Below, piece after piece: positions 31,245 to 40,203 of a DNA stretch of 64,000 bases. The position numbers and the translations under genes were made by a program. Positions within the stretch are counted from its first letter, which is position 1, and each line of letters begins with the position of its first letter. The notes below the pieces were generated by a model, which made no database searches, was not told where the DNA came from, and worked only from the letters and a program-made list of their open reading frames with translations. The stretch is from Candidatus Eiseniibacteriota bacterium (GTDB lineage Bacteria > Eisenbacteria > RBG-16-71-46): positions 96,001 to 160,000 of the forward strand of contig CAVZLN010000004.1 of assembly GCA_963776245.1 (NCBI GenBank), given 5' to 3'.

Positions 31245-31730
31245 GTGGCGACTCGGAAGCTGCAGCCGCGGGTGGGCATCGTGATGGGAAGCGACACCGA
31301 CCGCGCGGTGATGGAGGAGGTGGCGAGGATCCTCGCCGACTTCGGCGTGGCGAGCGAGGTGGTGGTGCGCTCGGCCCATCGCACCCCCGACGCGGCGGCC
31401 CGCTGGGCGCGCACCGCGAAGGCGCGCGGGCTCCAGGTGATCGTGGCCGGCGCGGGCGGCGCGGCTCATCTGGCCGGGGTGATGGCGGCGCACTCGCGCC
31501 TGCCGGTGCTCGGCGTGCCGCTCGCCTCGTCACCGCTCGGCGGCTTCGACGCCCTGCTCGCCACCGTCCAGATGCCGCCCGGCGTGCCGGTCGGCACGCT
31601 CGGGGTCGGAGCGTGGGGCGCGCGCAACGCGGCGCACCTCGCGCTGCGCATCCTGGCCCTCGCGGACGCGCGGCTGGCGCGCCGCGTCGAGGACCATGCC
31701 GCGCGGCTGGCGCGGACCGGGAGGGCCTGA
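31245..31730 (+). CDS. purE: N5-CAIR mutase / AIR carboxylase catalytic subunit
   Basis: IVMGSDTD, SAHRTP, GAGGAAHLAG, VQMPPGVPV. Confidence 0.97.
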   Translation: MATRKLQPRVGIVMGSDTDRAVMEEVARILADFGVASEVVVRSAHRTPDAAARWARTAKARGLQVIVAGAGGAAHLAGVMAAHSRLPVLGVPLASSPLGGFDALLATVQMPPGVPVGTLGVGAWGARNAAHLALRILALADARLARRVEDHAARLARTGRA

Positions 31731-31734
31731 CCCC

Positions 31735-32385
31735 GTGGACGTGCTGACGGTGGATCCGGAGCGGCCCGAGCGCGAGGCGCTCCGCCAGGCCGCCGAGGCG
31801 GTGTTGCGCGGCGGGGTGATCGCGTTCCCGACCGACACCCTGTACGGGCTCGGGTGCTCGCTGTTCGACGTCTCGGCGGTCGAGATGGTGGCACGCCTCA
31901 AGCGGCGCGACCCCTCGCTCGCGGTGATCTCGCTGATCCCCGAGCCGGGCCAGGCCCACAGTCTGGCGGGCGAGGTGAGCGCGGTCGCCGAGCGGCTGAT
32001 GAGCCGGTGCTGGCCGGGACCGCTGTCGCTCATCTTCCGCGCGTCGGCGATCGTGCCGCCCCGGGTGCGCGGCGCGGGTGGCACGGTGGCGCTGCGCTGT
32101 CCCCGGGACACGCTGTGCATGGCGCTGCTGAGCGCCATCGGCGGGCCGGTGGTCTCGAGCAGCGCCAACCTGTCGGGGCAGCGTCCGGCCGAGACCGCCG
32201 AAGAGGTGGTGCGGATCTTCGGCAACCAGCTCGATCTCGTGCTCGATGGCGGTCCCCGTCGAGGCGGCGTGGCTTCCACGCTGGTCGACGTGAGCGTCGC
32301 CCGCCCGCGCCTCCTGCGCCGCGGCGCGCTCGATGTCACCGCGCTGCTGGGCGACTTCGAGGACGCCACCCGTCCCGCCGGTTGA
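31735..32385 (+). CDS. tsaC: L-threonylcarbamoyladenylate synthase
   Basis: AFPTDTLYGL, WPGPLS, SSANLSG, STLVD. Confidence 0.92.
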   Translation: MDVLTVDPERPEREALRQAAEAVLRGGVIAFPTDTLYGLGCSLFDVSAVEMVARLKRRDPSLAVISLIPEPGQAHSLAGEVSAVAERLMSRCWPGPLSLIFRASAIVPPRVRGAGGTVALRCPRDTLCMALLSAIGGPVVSSSANLSGQRPAETAEEVVRIFGNQLDLVLDGGPRRGGVASTLVDVSVARPRLLRRGALDVTALLGDFEDATRPAG

Positions 32386-32411
32386 CCGGCGCCGGGGGAG
32401 CCGCCTATCCT
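32382..32411 (+). promoter_or_regulatory. sigma70-type promoter for the phosphatase gene
   Basis: TTGACC-N18-TATCCT; ATG 8 nt downstream. Confidence 0.6.
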
Positions 32412-32419
32412 TGCGGCGC

Positions 32420-32911
32420 ATGTCGGCTCCGGATCCGCTCTACCATGTGCTGTTCGTGTGCACCGGCAACACCTGTCGGAGTCCGCTGGCCGCCGGGGCG
32501 CTCCGGGATGCGCTCGGGGCCGAGCGGGGCCGCGTCGTCGTGTCGTCGGCCGGCGTCTCGGCCGCGGCGGGACAGCCGGCGACGGACGCCGCGATCGCGG
32601 TGGCGGCACGCGATGGCATCGACCTCCGCGAGCACCGCTCGCGCCGCGCCACCGCCGAACAGGTGCGCTCCGCGGATCTCGTGGTGGTGATGGAGCACGC
32701 GCATCTTGGGCCGCTGTTCGCGCTCGGCGCCGATCCGGGCAAGACCCACGTCATCAGCGAATGGCCGGCGCCCGGCGAGGCCGGGTTGATCGTCTCGGAC
32801 CCCTTCGGGGGCTCGAGGGAAGCTTACGAAGAGACATGGCGTCGCATCCGGCGCCATCTGGAGAGGATCGTCCCCGTAGTTCACGAAGCGCTGCGCGCGC
32901 GGTCGGCCTAG
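32420..32911 (+). CDS. Low-molecular-weight phosphatase (YwlE-like protein arginine phosphatase)
   Basis: FVCTGNTCRSP P-loop, SSAG, DPFGGS. Confidence 0.88.
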   Translation: MSAPDPLYHVLFVCTGNTCRSPLAAGALRDALGAERGRVVVSSAGVSAAAGQPATDAAIAVAARDGIDLREHRSRRATAEQVRSADLVVVMEHAHLGPLFALGADPGKTHVISEWPAPGEAGLIVSDPFGGSREAYEETWRRIRRHLERIVPVVHEALRARSA

Positions 32912-32946
32912 ACGCGCGGCCGCCTTCTCGGATCTCGAGGTGAGTC

Positions 32947-33909
32947 ATGGCGATGGTCAAGGCGAAGTCCATCTGGATGAATGGCAAATGGGTGGCGTGG
33001 GACGACGCGAGGATCCACGTGCTCTCGCACGTCGCGCACTACGCGACCGCGGTGTTCGAGGGTATCCGGGCGTATTCCACGCCGCGCGGGCCGGCCATCT
33101 TCCGGCTCGATGAGCACGTCGAACGGCTGTGCTTCTCGGCGAAGGTGTACCGCATGGAGGTGCCCTACACGTTCGCGCAGCTGCGGCAGGCGTGTCTCGA
33201 TGTGGTCGCGGTCAACGAGCTGAAGGAGTGCTACATCCGCCCGCTGATCTACCGGGGGTACGAGAACCTCGGGGTGAATCCGTTCGGCAATCCCGTCGAC
33301 GTCGCCATCGCGGCGTTCCCGTGGGGCCAGTACCTGGGCGCGGACGCCCTCCAGAAGGGCGTGGCGGTCAAGGTGGGCTCGTGGAGCCGCATGGCCCCGA
33401 ACACGCTTCCGGCGATGGCCAAGGCGGCCGCCAACTACATGAACTCGGCGCTGCTGAAGATGGAAGCCAAGGTGGACGGGTACGAGGAGGCGATCGCGCT
33501 CGATCGCTCCGGGTTCGTGAGCGAGGGCAGCGGGCAGAACCTGTTCGCGGTGATCAAGGGGGAACTGGTCACGCCGCCGCTCGCGAACAGCATCCTCGCC
33601 GGCATCACCCGCGGTTCGGTCATGACCCTGGCGCGCGAGCTCGGCTACTCGGTGCGCGAGGAGTCGATGCCGCGCGAGATGCTCTACCTGGCGGACGAAC
33701 TGTTCTACACCGGCACCGCGGTGGAGGTGTCGCCGATCGGCTCGGTGGACCGCCTCCCGGTGGGCACCGGCGAGCGCGGCCCGATCACGAAGGCGCTGCA
33801 GGATGCGTTCTTCGGCGTGGTCAAGGGCGAGCGGCCCGACACCCACGGCTGGCTCACCCCGGTGCCGCAGGCGGCCGGTGCCGCCATCGCCGCGGCGCGC
33901 CAGGCCTGA
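32947..33909 (+). CDS. ilvE: Branched-chain amino acid aminotransferase
   Basis: VFEGIRAY, YIRP, AKAAANY, EGSGQNLF, LAGITR, TGTAVE. Confidence 0.96.
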   Translation: MAMVKAKSIWMNGKWVAWDDARIHVLSHVAHYATAVFEGIRAYSTPRGPAIFRLDEHVERLCFSAKVYRMEVPYTFAQLRQACLDVVAVNELKECYIRPLIYRGYENLGVNPFGNPVDVAIAAFPWGQYLGADALQKGVAVKVGSWSRMAPNTLPAMAKAAANYMNSALLKMEAKVDGYEEAIALDRSGFVSEGSGQNLFAVIKGELVTPPLANSILAGITRGSVMTLARELGYSVREESMPREMLYLADELFYTGTAVEVSPIGSVDRLPVGTGERGPITKALQDAFFGVVKGERPDTHGWLTPVPQAAGAAIAAARQA

Positions 33910-33916
33910 GCCCCGC

Positions 33917-34375
33917 GTGAAGGTCGCGATCGGCGCCGACCACGCCGGATTCGCGCTCAAGGAGCGCCTCGTGCGAGAGCTCGAGGCGCTCCGCCACGAG
34001 GTCGTGGACGTCGGCACCTTCGGGGCCGAACCGCCGGTGGACTATCCGGACTTCTGCTTCCCGGTGGGCGAGCGGGTCGCCCGCGGCGAGGTCGAGCGCG
34101 GGATCGTCCTGGGCGGGAGCGGCATCGGTGAGGCGATCGCGGCCAACAAGGTGTTCGGGGTGCGCGCCGCGGTCGTCACCAGCGACGAGACCGCGCGCCT
34201 CACCCGGCTGCACAACGATTCGAACGTGCTCGCCCTGGGCGGGCGCACCAACGACCACGACGCGGCCGCGCGCTGGATGCGCATCTGGCTCGAGACGCCC
34301 TTCGAGGGTGGCCGCCACCGGCCGCGGCTCGAGAAGATCCTCGCGTACGAGTCCACCCATCGCCACGAACGGTAG
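33917..34375 (+). CDS. rpiB: Ribose 5-phosphate isomerase B
   Basis: IGADHAG, VDYPD, GSGIGEAIAANKV, HNDSNVL, FEGGRH. Confidence 0.95.
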   Translation: MKVAIGADHAGFALKERLVRELEALRHEVVDVGTFGAEPPVDYPDFCFPVGERVARGEVERGIVLGGSGIGEAIAANKVFGVRAAVVTSDETARLTRLHNDSNVLALGGRTNDHDAAARWMRIWLETPFEGGRHRPRLEKILAYESTHRHER

Positions 34376-34381
34376 GCCCCC

Positions 34382-35635
34382 GTGTCCACCCTCCCGCGCA
34401 CCGATCCACGGCTCTCCGAGGCCATCGACTCCGAGCGCCGGCGCCAGCTCTCGACCCTCGAACTGATCGCCTCCGAGAACTTCGTCAGCGACGGGGTGCT
34501 GGAGGCCGCCGGCTCGGTGCTGACCAACAAGTACGCCGAGGGATTGCCGGGGAAGCGGTACTACGGCGGCTGCGAGTTCGTGGACGTGGTCGAGACCCTC
34601 GCCATCGAGCGGCTCAAGACGCTGTTCGGGTGCGAGCACGCGAACGTGCAGCCCCACAGCGGGGCGTCGGCGAATCTCGCGGCCTACCTCGCGGTCTCGG
34701 TGCCGGGGGACACGCTGCTCGGGATGAGCCTGGCGCACGGCGGGCATCTCACCCACGGGCATCCGGTCTCGGTGACCGGGAAGCTGTGGAAGTCGGTGCA
34801 GTACGGCGTGCGCCCCGAGGACGGGCGGATCGACTACGACGCGGTCGAGCGGCTCGCACGGGAGCACCGCCCGCGACTGCTGGTGGCGGGCGCCAGTGCC
34901 TACCCGCGCGTCATCGACTTCGAGCGATTCGGCCGCATCGCGCGCGAGGTGGGAGCGACCCTGGTGGTGGACATGGCGCACATCGCCGGCCTGGTCGCCA
35001 CCGGTCTCCACCCCAGCCCGGTGCCGCACGCCGAGATCGTCACCAGCACCACGCACAAGACCCTGCGCGGTCCGCGCGCCGGCATCATCCTGTGCCGCGA
35101 GGCGCTCGCGGAGAAGGTCGACAAGAGCGTCTTCCCGGGGCTGCAGGGGGGGCCGCTGATGCACATCATCGCCGCCAAGGCCGCCTGCTTTGGCGAGGCG
35201 CTCGAGCCCGGGTTCCGCGCCTACCAGGTGCGCGTCGTCGAGAACGCACGCGTCCTGGCCGAGACGCTGATGGGCCACGGGTTCGATCTGGTCTCGGGTG
35301 GCACGGACAACCACCTCATGCTGGTGGACCTGCGGCGGCGCGGTCTCACCGGCAAGGCCGCGGAGGAGGCGCTCCATCGCGCCCGCATCACCGTGAACAA
35401 GAACGCGGTGCCGAACGATCCCCAGAAGCCATGGGTGACCAGCGGCATCCGCATCGGCACCCCGGCGCTGACCACGCGCGGCATGGGCCGCGACGAGATG
35501 GTGCGGATCGGCGGCTGGATCGCCCGCGTCCTCGACCGCCCCGCGGACGCGGCCCTGGCGGCCGAGGTGGAGCGCGAGGTGCTCGGGCTCACCTCGGGGT
35601 TCCCGCTGTTCGCCGCGGAGCCCGCCGCGCGCTGA
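34382..35635 (+). CDS. glyA: Serine hydroxymethyltransferase
   Basis: [40 protein letters not shown]. Confidence 0.98.
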   Translation: MSTLPRTDPRLSEAIDSERRRQLSTLELIASENFVSDGVLEAAGSVLTNKYAEGLPGKRYYGGCEFVDVVETLAIERLKTLFGCEHANVQPHSGASANLAAYLAVSVPGDTLLGMSLAHGGHLTHGHPVSVTGKLWKSVQYGVRPEDGRIDYDAVERLAREHRPRLLVAGASAYPRVIDFERFGRIAREVGATLVVDMAHIAGLVATGLHPSPVPHAEIVTSTTHKTLRGPRAGIILCREALAEKVDKSVFPGLQGGPLMHIIAAKAACFGEALEPGFRAYQVRVVENARVLAETLMGHGFDLVSGGTDNHLMLVDLRRRGLTGKAAEEALHRARITVNKNAVPNDPQKPWVTSGIRIGTPALTTRGMGRDEMVRIGGWIARVLDRPADAALAAEVEREVLGLTSGFPLFAAEPAAR

Positions 35636-35733
35636 GGGCGTGCATCCTCGCCCGCCGCGCGGGGCATCATGCAACGGCGGCCGCGCGGGGACTCGCGCGC
35701 CGGGCGAGGTGCTCCGCGAGACGCACTACCGCG

Positions 35734-35783
35734 CAATGGGTTAGGGCCGCGGGGGGAGGTGGGCGCGTGGCACCGTTCGTGCT
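35734..35783 (+). promoter_or_regulatory. sigma54 (-24/-12) promoter with upstream IHF-like site
   Basis: TGGCAC-cgttc-GTGCT at 35768-35783 (exact GG-N10-GC); CAAtgggTTA at 35734-35743. Confidence 0.6.
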
Positions 35784-35827
35784 CCCTCGAAGCTCGCCCC
35801 GGAGCATCCCGGCCGTGGCGACCGCCC

Positions 35828-36217
35828 ATGATCCGATTCCTCGTCCTGCTCCACCTCGCCGAGCGATCGCCCGTCCCCATCGCGGGCCGCACGCTCCACC
35901 GCGCCGGGCTCCACGCCCTGGCCGGCGGCCATCCCATGCACGCCGACCGACTGTTCGAGTGCGCGGCGCGCAGCTACCGACGCGATCTGGACGTGGAGCG
36001 CCTCGCGCGCCTGCGGGTCCACCAGTCGATCGCGCGCTATCGCGCCGGAGGGCCGCTCGCCGGAGGCGAGGAGGCGTCCCTTGGCATCGAGCGGGCGCTC
36101 TGCCGGCTGGGGCGCATCGAGTCCCTCGTGTCGCCCTTCGAGCTGGTGGATGCGCGGCGGCTGCTCGCCCACTGGATGTCGGACCACGGGGCCCGGCGCG
36201 ACGCCGCGGCCGCGTAG
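35828..36217 (+). CDS. Hypothetical helical protein (129 aa)
   Basis: Strong GC3 bias from MIRFLVLLHL; fills the gap between glyA and moxR. Confidence 0.7.
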   Translation: MIRFLVLLHLAERSPVPIAGRTLHRAGLHALAGGHPMHADRLFECAARSYRRDLDVERLARLRVHQSIARYRAGGPLAGGEEASLGIERALCRLGRIESLVSPFELVDARRLLAHWMSDHGARRDAAAA

Positions 36218-36240
36218 CCCGGACCTCGTCCCGCTTCCCA

Positions 36241-36269
36241 TTGGCCTCCATGGACCCCTTCGATATACT
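36241..36269 (+). promoter_or_regulatory. sigma70-type promoter for the moxR/bat operon
   Basis: TTGGCC-N17-TATACT. Confidence 0.6.
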
Positions 36270-36324
36270 GCCGCGCCATCGGCAGGATGCGGCAGCGCGC
36301 GCGGGCCAGGAGGGCGGGGACACG

Positions 36325-37311
36325 ATGACGGTGGACGCGAAGGAAGCCGCTCGAAGGATCGATCACGCCGGGGAGATCCTGGCGCGGGTGCGCGCCGAGG
36401 TGGGGCGGGCCGTGGTCGGCCAGCACGACATGGTGGACCGGCTGCTGGTGGGCATGCTCACCGGCGGCCACGTGCTGCTCGAAGGCGTGCCGGGCCTGGC
36501 GAAGACGCTCGCCGTGCGCAGTTTCGCCGACGCGATGTCGCTCAAGTTCCGGCGCATCCAGTTCACTCCCGACCTGCTGCCGGCCGACCTCACCGGCACC
36601 CTCATCTACGACGCCCGCACCTCCTCCTTCACCACCAAGCGCGGCCCGCTGTTCGCCCACCTGGTGCTGGCCGACGAGATCAACCGGGCCCCGGCCAAGG
36701 TGCAGTCCGCGCTGCTCGAGGCCATGCAGGAGAAGCAGATCACCCTCGGGGACGAGAGCCACCGGCTCGAGGAGCCGTTCCTGGTGCTCGCGACCCAGAA
36801 TCCGATCGAGCAGGAGGGCACCTACCCGCTGCCCGAGGCGCAGAGCGACCGCTTCATGCTCAAGGTGAAGGTGGGCTACCCGGAGCGCGCCGAGGAGAAG
36901 GAGATCCTGCGTCGCGCCGGTCTGGCGGGGCTCCCGGCGCTGACGCCCCAGGCCACGCGCGCGGACGTGATGGAGGCGCGCGCGGCGCTCGGCGGCGTGT
37001 ACGTGGACGACAAGATCCAGGAATACGTCCTCGACCTGGTGACCGCCACCCGCCGGCCGAAGGACTTCGGCCTCGCCCTCGAAGGGCTGATCGCGTTCGG
37101 CGCCTCGCCGCGCGCGACGCTGTTCCTGGTGCGCGGCGCGCAGGCGCTCGCGCTGCTGGACGGGCGCGCGTACGTGCTGCCCGACGACGTGAAGGGGATC
37201 GCGCCCGACGTGCTCCGCCACCGCATCCACGTCTCCTACGAGGCCGAGGCCGAGGGGGTCAGCGCGGAAGAGGTGGCGCGCCGGATCCTGGAGCAGGTGC
37301 GCGTGCCTTGA
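36325..37311 (+). CDS. MoxR-family AAA+ ATPase
   Basis: LEGVPGLAKT, RIQFTPDLLPAD, ADEINRA, ATQNPIEQEGTYPLPEAQ, GASPR. Confidence 0.96.
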   Translation: MTVDAKEAARRIDHAGEILARVRAEVGRAVVGQHDMVDRLLVGMLTGGHVLLEGVPGLAKTLAVRSFADAMSLKFRRIQFTPDLLPADLTGTLIYDARTSSFTTKRGPLFAHLVLADEINRAPAKVQSALLEAMQEKQITLGDESHRLEEPFLVLATQNPIEQEGTYPLPEAQSDRFMLKVKVGYPERAEEKEILRRAGLAGLPALTPQATRADVMEARAALGGVYVDDKIQEYVLDLVTATRRPKDFGLALEGLIAFGASPRATLFLVRGAQALALLDGRAYVLPDDVKGIAPDVLRHRIHVSYEAEAEGVSAEEVARRILEQVRVP

Positions 37312-38195
37312 TGCCCCTCGCGGAGCTGCTCGGCAAGGTCCGCCGGATCGAGATCCGCAGCCGGCATCTGGTCGAGGACCTGTTCGCCGGCCGGACCTCC
37401 AGCGTGTTCAAGGGCCGAGGCGTCGAGTTCGAGGAGGTGCGCCATTACGTCCCGGGCGACGAGGTCCGGGACATCGACTGGAACGTCACCGCCCGGATGG
37501 GTGCGCCGTTCATCAAGCGCTTCGTCGAGGAGCGCGAGCTCTCGGTGATCCTGGTCGTGGACGTGTCGCGTTCGATGCGCTTCGGCACCGCGGGCGCCGA
37601 GAAGCGGGAGCTGGCCGCCGAGCTGTGCGCGGTGCTCGGCTTCGCGGCGATGCGGAACAACGACCGCGTGGGGCTGGTGCTGGCGGCCGAGCGTGTGGAG
37701 TCGTTCGTTCCGCCGGCCCGCGGCAAGAACCACCTGCTTCGCATCCTGCGCGACGTGCTCGGCGCCGACCCGCCCCCCGGCGGCACCCGGCTCGGCGAAG
37801 CGGCGCGCTTCGTGGCGCGCACCGCGCACCGGCGCAGCCTGGTGTTCTGGATCTCGGACTTCGAGGATGCCGTGGACGCGCGCGCCTTCCGCATCGTCGG
37901 CCGCCGTCACGAGGTCACCGCGTTCCTGCTGCGCGATCCGCGCGACGAGGCGCTGCCGGCGGTGGGGTGGGTGGAACTCGAGGATCTCGAGACGGGCCGG
38001 CGCGCGCTGCTGGACACCGGACGCCGCGCGGTGCGCGATGCGTACGCGCGCGCCGCGCGCGAACGCCGCCAGGCGGTCGAGCGCGCGCTGGCGCAGGCGC
38101 GGGTGCCGGTGGTCGAGGTGCGCACCGACCGCTCGTACCTCACCGTGCTGATGCGCTACTTCGCGCGGCGCCGGCGGGCCGGAGGACGGGGGTGA
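37311..38195 (+). CDS. DUF58 (VWA-like) protein
   Basis: GRGVEFEEVRHY-PGDEVRDIDWNVTAR, EERE, ISDF. Confidence 0.93.
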   Translation: MPLAELLGKVRRIEIRSRHLVEDLFAGRTSSVFKGRGVEFEEVRHYVPGDEVRDIDWNVTARMGAPFIKRFVEERELSVILVVDVSRSMRFGTAGAEKRELAAELCAVLGFAAMRNNDRVGLVLAAERVESFVPPARGKNHLLRILRDVLGADPPPGGTRLGEAARFVARTAHRRSLVFWISDFEDAVDARAFRIVGRRHEVTAFLLRDPRDEALPAVGWVELEDLETGRRALLDTGRRAVRDAYARAARERRQAVERALAQARVPVVEVRTDRSYLTVLMRYFARRRRAGGRG

Positions 38196-39219
38196 GCCGC
38201 GGCGCCGCGCCGCGGGGGCGGGCCGCGGGCGCGTGGGGGGCGGCGCTGGCGTGCGTGCTGGTGGCGGACCTCACGGTCGCGCAGGTGGGCGGCCGCCCGC
38301 TCAGCACCCGCGTGGAGATCACCCCGGCCGCGGTGAAGCTCGGGGAGCGCGTCACCTACCGCGCCGTCATCACCGGCGGGTGGACCGCCGCCCGCATCCG
38401 GGTGCTCCCGCCCGTGACCGGCGGGGACCTGACCTGGGGGGTGGCGATGGGACGCCATCGGAACGCCACCGGCGAGCGCACGCGTCCGGACACCAGGGGC
38501 TGGTACGAGAGCTCCGGAGGCGGGGACAGCCTGGTGATGGAGGTGCCGCTGCAGGTCTTCCGACCCGGCATGGTGTCCATCCCCGGCCCGCGCGTGGAGG
38601 TCGTGGATCGGTCGGGGGCGCGCGCCCTGAACCTGCCGATGGTGACGCTGGTGGTGGTGCCGGTGGTCGGCGCGACCGACAGCACCGCCGATCTGCGCCC
38701 GCTGCGCGGGCCGCTGCCGGCGCCATGGTGGGAGCGCGTGCCGTGGCGGTGGGTGGCGCTGGGGCTGCTCGCCGCGGCGCTCGCGATCGCGCTGGTCCGT
38801 TGGCTCCGGCGCCGCCGGCCGGCGCCGGCCGTGCGCCCGGCCGCAGCCTCCCGGTCGACGCGGGATCCGCTCGCCGAGGGACTCGCGGCGCTCGCGGCGC
38901 TCCGGGCCGAGCGCCTGCCGGCCGCCGGGCCGGTTCGCCGAGCACGCCTTCCGGCTCACGCTCATCCTGCGGCGCTTCCTCGAGAGCGCGGAGAGCACGA
39001 CGCGTCCGGGTGACACCAGCACGGAATTGGTCGGACGCCTCGGACGCGGCCGCCTGGCGCGCCCCGACCTCGACCGGCTCGCCGGCCTGCTGTCGCGCTG
39101 GGACCGGGTGAAGTTCGCGCGCGCGGCCACCACCCCGGCCGAGGCGGCGCAGGCCGAGGAGGCGGTGGAGGCGATGATGCGACGGCTCGTGCCGCGACCC
39201 GCACGGGAGGGCGGCCTGA
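38192..39219 (+). CDS. Bat-operon membrane protein (Ig-like, TM, helical tail); apparent +1 frameshifts near 38928 and 39210
   Basis: Signal-like N-terminus and TM segment; protein-like text resumes in the +1 frame (RFAEHAFRLTLILRRFLE...DTSTEL...DRVKFA). Confidence 0.7.
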
Positions 39220-40193
39220 TGCGCTGGGACGAACCGGGCGCGCTGGTGCTGCTCGCGGTCCTGCCCCTGCTCGCGCTGTGGCGCTGGCGCCGCGTGCGCC
39301 CCGCGGCGGTGCTGTGGTCGCGCGCGGACCGGGCGGGATTGCATCCGGCCCGGCTCGCGCTCGGCCTGGCGGGAGTGCTGCCGTGGGCCGCGCTCGCCCT
39401 CGCGGTGCTGGGGCTGGCGCGGCCGCAGCAGGGAGTCTCGCAGAGCGAGACCGAGACCCGGGGCGTGGACATCGTGCTCGCGATCGACATCTCGCCGAGC
39501 ATGGCGGCCGAGGACTTCCGGCCGCGCAACCGCCTGTTCGTCGCCAAGGAGAACGCGCGCGAGTTCGTGCGCTCGCGCCGTCACGACCGCGTGGGCCTGG
39601 TGGCGTTCGCCGCCACCGCGTTCACGCAGTGTCCGCTCACGCTCGACCACGCCGCGCTGGTCGAGCTGCTCGAAGGGCTCGACTTCGGGCTGGCCGAGGA
39701 CGGCACCGCGATCGGCATGGGGCTGGCGACCGCGGTGGGCGGCCTGCGTGAGAGCAAGACCCCGAGCAAGGTGGTGGTGCTGCTCACGGACGGGCAGAAC
39801 AACCGCGGCGCCATCGATCCGCTCACCGGGGCCGACCTCGCCCGGGCCTACGGGGTGAAGGTGTACACCGTGCTCGCCGGGCGCGGCGGCGTGGTGCCGG
39901 TCCCGGTCGACGATCCGATCGTGGGTCGCCGGGTGGAGATGATGCGCATGGACGTGGACGAGGGCACGCTGCGCGAGATCGCGCGGCGCACCGGCGGGCG
40001 GTTCTTCCGCGCCGAGGAGTCCAGCGCGCTGGCGTCCATCTACGCGGAGATCGATCGCCTCGAGCGCGCTCCGCTGCGCTCGGTGGAATACCGCGAGTAC
40101 CACGACCTGGGCCCGTGGCTGCTGGCCGCGGCCGCGGCCATGCTGGCGGCGTACACGCTCCTGACCACCACGCTGGCGTTCCGGCTCCCATGA
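39219..40193 (+). CDS. batA: BatA-like VWA protein
   Basis: LARPQ, DISPSM MIDAS, DRVGLVAF, GTAIGMGLA, LLTDG. Confidence 0.85.
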   Translation: MRWDEPGALVLLAVLPLLALWRWRRVRPAAVLWSRADRAGLHPARLALGLAGVLPWAALALAVLGLARPQQGVSQSETETRGVDIVLAIDISPSMAAEDFRPRNRLFVAKENAREFVRSRRHDRVGLVAFAATAFTQCPLTLDHAALVELLEGLDFGLAEDGTAIGMGLATAVGGLRESKTPSKVVVLLTDGQNNRGAIDPLTGADLARAYGVKVYTVLAGRGGVVPVPVDDPIVGRRVEMMRMDVDEGTLREIARRTGGRFFRAEESSALASIYAEIDRLERAPLRSVEYREYHDLGPWLLAAAAAMLAAYTLLTTTLAFRLP

Positions 40194-40203
40194 GAGGCGG
40201 CGC

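Noticed and set aside
39027..40193. Apparent fusion of the upstream membrane protein to BatA
   Set aside because: Removing one G at 39209-39211 gives EAA-stop with a normal TGATG overlap; probably an artefact.
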